A DNA stretch of 64,000 nt from the human T2T-CHM13v2.0 reference genome, Homo sapiens, in the NCBI RefSeq assembly GCF_009914755.1, contig NC_060943.1; one strand, given 5' to 3'. Both the position numbers and the translations under genes were made by a program. Below are positions 63,025 through 64,000 of the stretch, piece by piece. The notes beneath the pieces are model-generated. The model saw only the letters and a program-made list of their open reading frames with translations, had not been told where the DNA came from and did no database searches. Position 1 is the first letter of the stretch. Each line of letters starts with the position of its first letter.

Positions 63025-63477
63025 ATGAGCAAGATATCGCAGCAAAACAGCACTCCAGGGGTGAACGGAATTAGTGTTATCCATACCCAGGCACATGCCA
63101 GCGGCTTACAGCAGGTTCCTCAGCTGGTGCCTGCTGGCCCTGGGGGAGGAGGCAAAGCTGTGGCTCCCAGCAAGCAGAGCAAAAAGAGTTCGCCCATGGA
63201 TCGAAACAGTGACGAGTATCGGCAACGCCGAGAGAGGAACAACATGGCTGTGAAAAAGAGCCGGTTGAAAAGCAAGCAGAAAGCACAAGACACACTGCAG
63301 AGAGTCAATCAGCTCAAAGAAGAGAATGAACGGTTGGAAGCAAAAATCAAATTGCTGACCAAGGAATTAAGTGTACTCAAAGATTTGTTTCTTGAGCATG
63401 CACACAACCTTGCAGACAACGTACAGTCCATTAGCACTGAAAATACGACAGCAGATGGCGACAATGCAGGACAGTAG
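63025..63477 (+). CDS. CEBPG: CCAAT/enhancer-binding protein gamma (150 aa, bZIP), single coding exon
   Basis: ATG at 63025 (cccaaATGagc) to TAG 63477 gives MSKISQQNSTPG...DGDNAGQ, with the C/EBP basic region SDEYRQRRERNNMAVKKSR and a leucine zipper. The ORF-track start at 62935 is an upstream GTG. Confidence 0.99.
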   Translation: MSKISQQNSTPGVNGISVIHTQAHASGLQQVPQLVPAGPGGGGKAVAPSKQSKKSSPMDRNSDEYRQRRERNNMAVKKSRLKSKQKAQDTLQRVNQLKEENERLEAKIKLLTKELSVLKDLFLEHAHNLADNVQSISTENTTADGDNAGQ

Positions 63478-64000
63478 ACCTCACCCTTTCCAGACTTTAG
63501 AGCTTGTGGCTTGAATGTTAAAGGTGTGACCACCGACACCACTCATGTCAATGGCTGAAAGTTGTCCATTTCCATGACTCAAAGACCCATTGGAGGCTAT
63601 TTTCTGGGATCAGCACTGAAGAGTTGATTAGCTAAAAATGTTAGCCTTGTAATTCGAATATCTGGTTTTAAATGATAGAGGTTTTTGTGGGAATCAAAAT
63701 CCCCCAAATGTTAAGGTATATGGTAAAAAAAGAAATATCTGGGATCCCGATGTTCTTAATAAATCCTGACTTCCCAAGAAATGCTTCTTTTTTAAGTTGA
63801 CAAAAGGAATGGGGAACTGGCAGGCCGCGCAGAAGGTTCTTGGTTTTAATGGATAGGCTGAATTGGATTAAGAAAAGTTGAATGCCACCTATGGTAATCT
63901 ATTTGTGATTTTCTTCTAAATTATGTATTATAAATTCGTAGAGCTATAGAAAGCAATGAGTGTGTAATTTGGAGTGATTTTATATATGGCATAAACTTTG
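63478..64000 (+). other. CEBPG: CEBPG 3'UTR (continues beyond window)
   Basis: AT-rich repeat-free sequence after the stop codon. AATAAA at 63758-63763 is a possible proximal polyA signal. Confidence 0.85.

Noticed and set aside
62935-63477. 180-aa ORF as the canonical CEBPG protein
   Set aside because: Starts at GTG; the recognised 150-aa protein begins at ATG 63025. The extension is kept only as a hypothesis.

Overview
Primate (almost certainly human) genomic DNA, Alu/L1-rich. The only protein-coding gene is CEBPG (C/EBP-gamma, + strand): CpG-island promoter ~57.0-58.1 kb, non-coding exon 1 ending at 57680, exon 2 from 62929, 150-aa bZIP CDS 63025-63477, and a 3'UTR running off the end. 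From recall, this is the CEBPA-CEBPG intergenic interval on 19q13.11. The upstream 57 kb holds two processed pseudogenes (RPS3A-derived, + strand, split by an AluJ; AKR1B1-derived, - strand), roughly 60-65 Alu/FLAM copies, old L1/L2/MIR fragments, MaLR/ERV LTRs, a MER1 DNA transposon and several repeat-free islands with enhancer-like motif clusters. Nearly all supplied ORFs are repeat artefacts. I see no novel multi-gene system. The best leads concern CEBPG regulation: an AUG-UGA start-stop just after the exon junction, a 28-codon uORF in the CDS frame, a 70-codon stop-free in-frame leader with a GUG in strong context, a weak main AUG, and a C/EBP-ATF (CARE) site in the CpG island. Repeat subfamily calls and most repeat boundaries are by eye and approximate.
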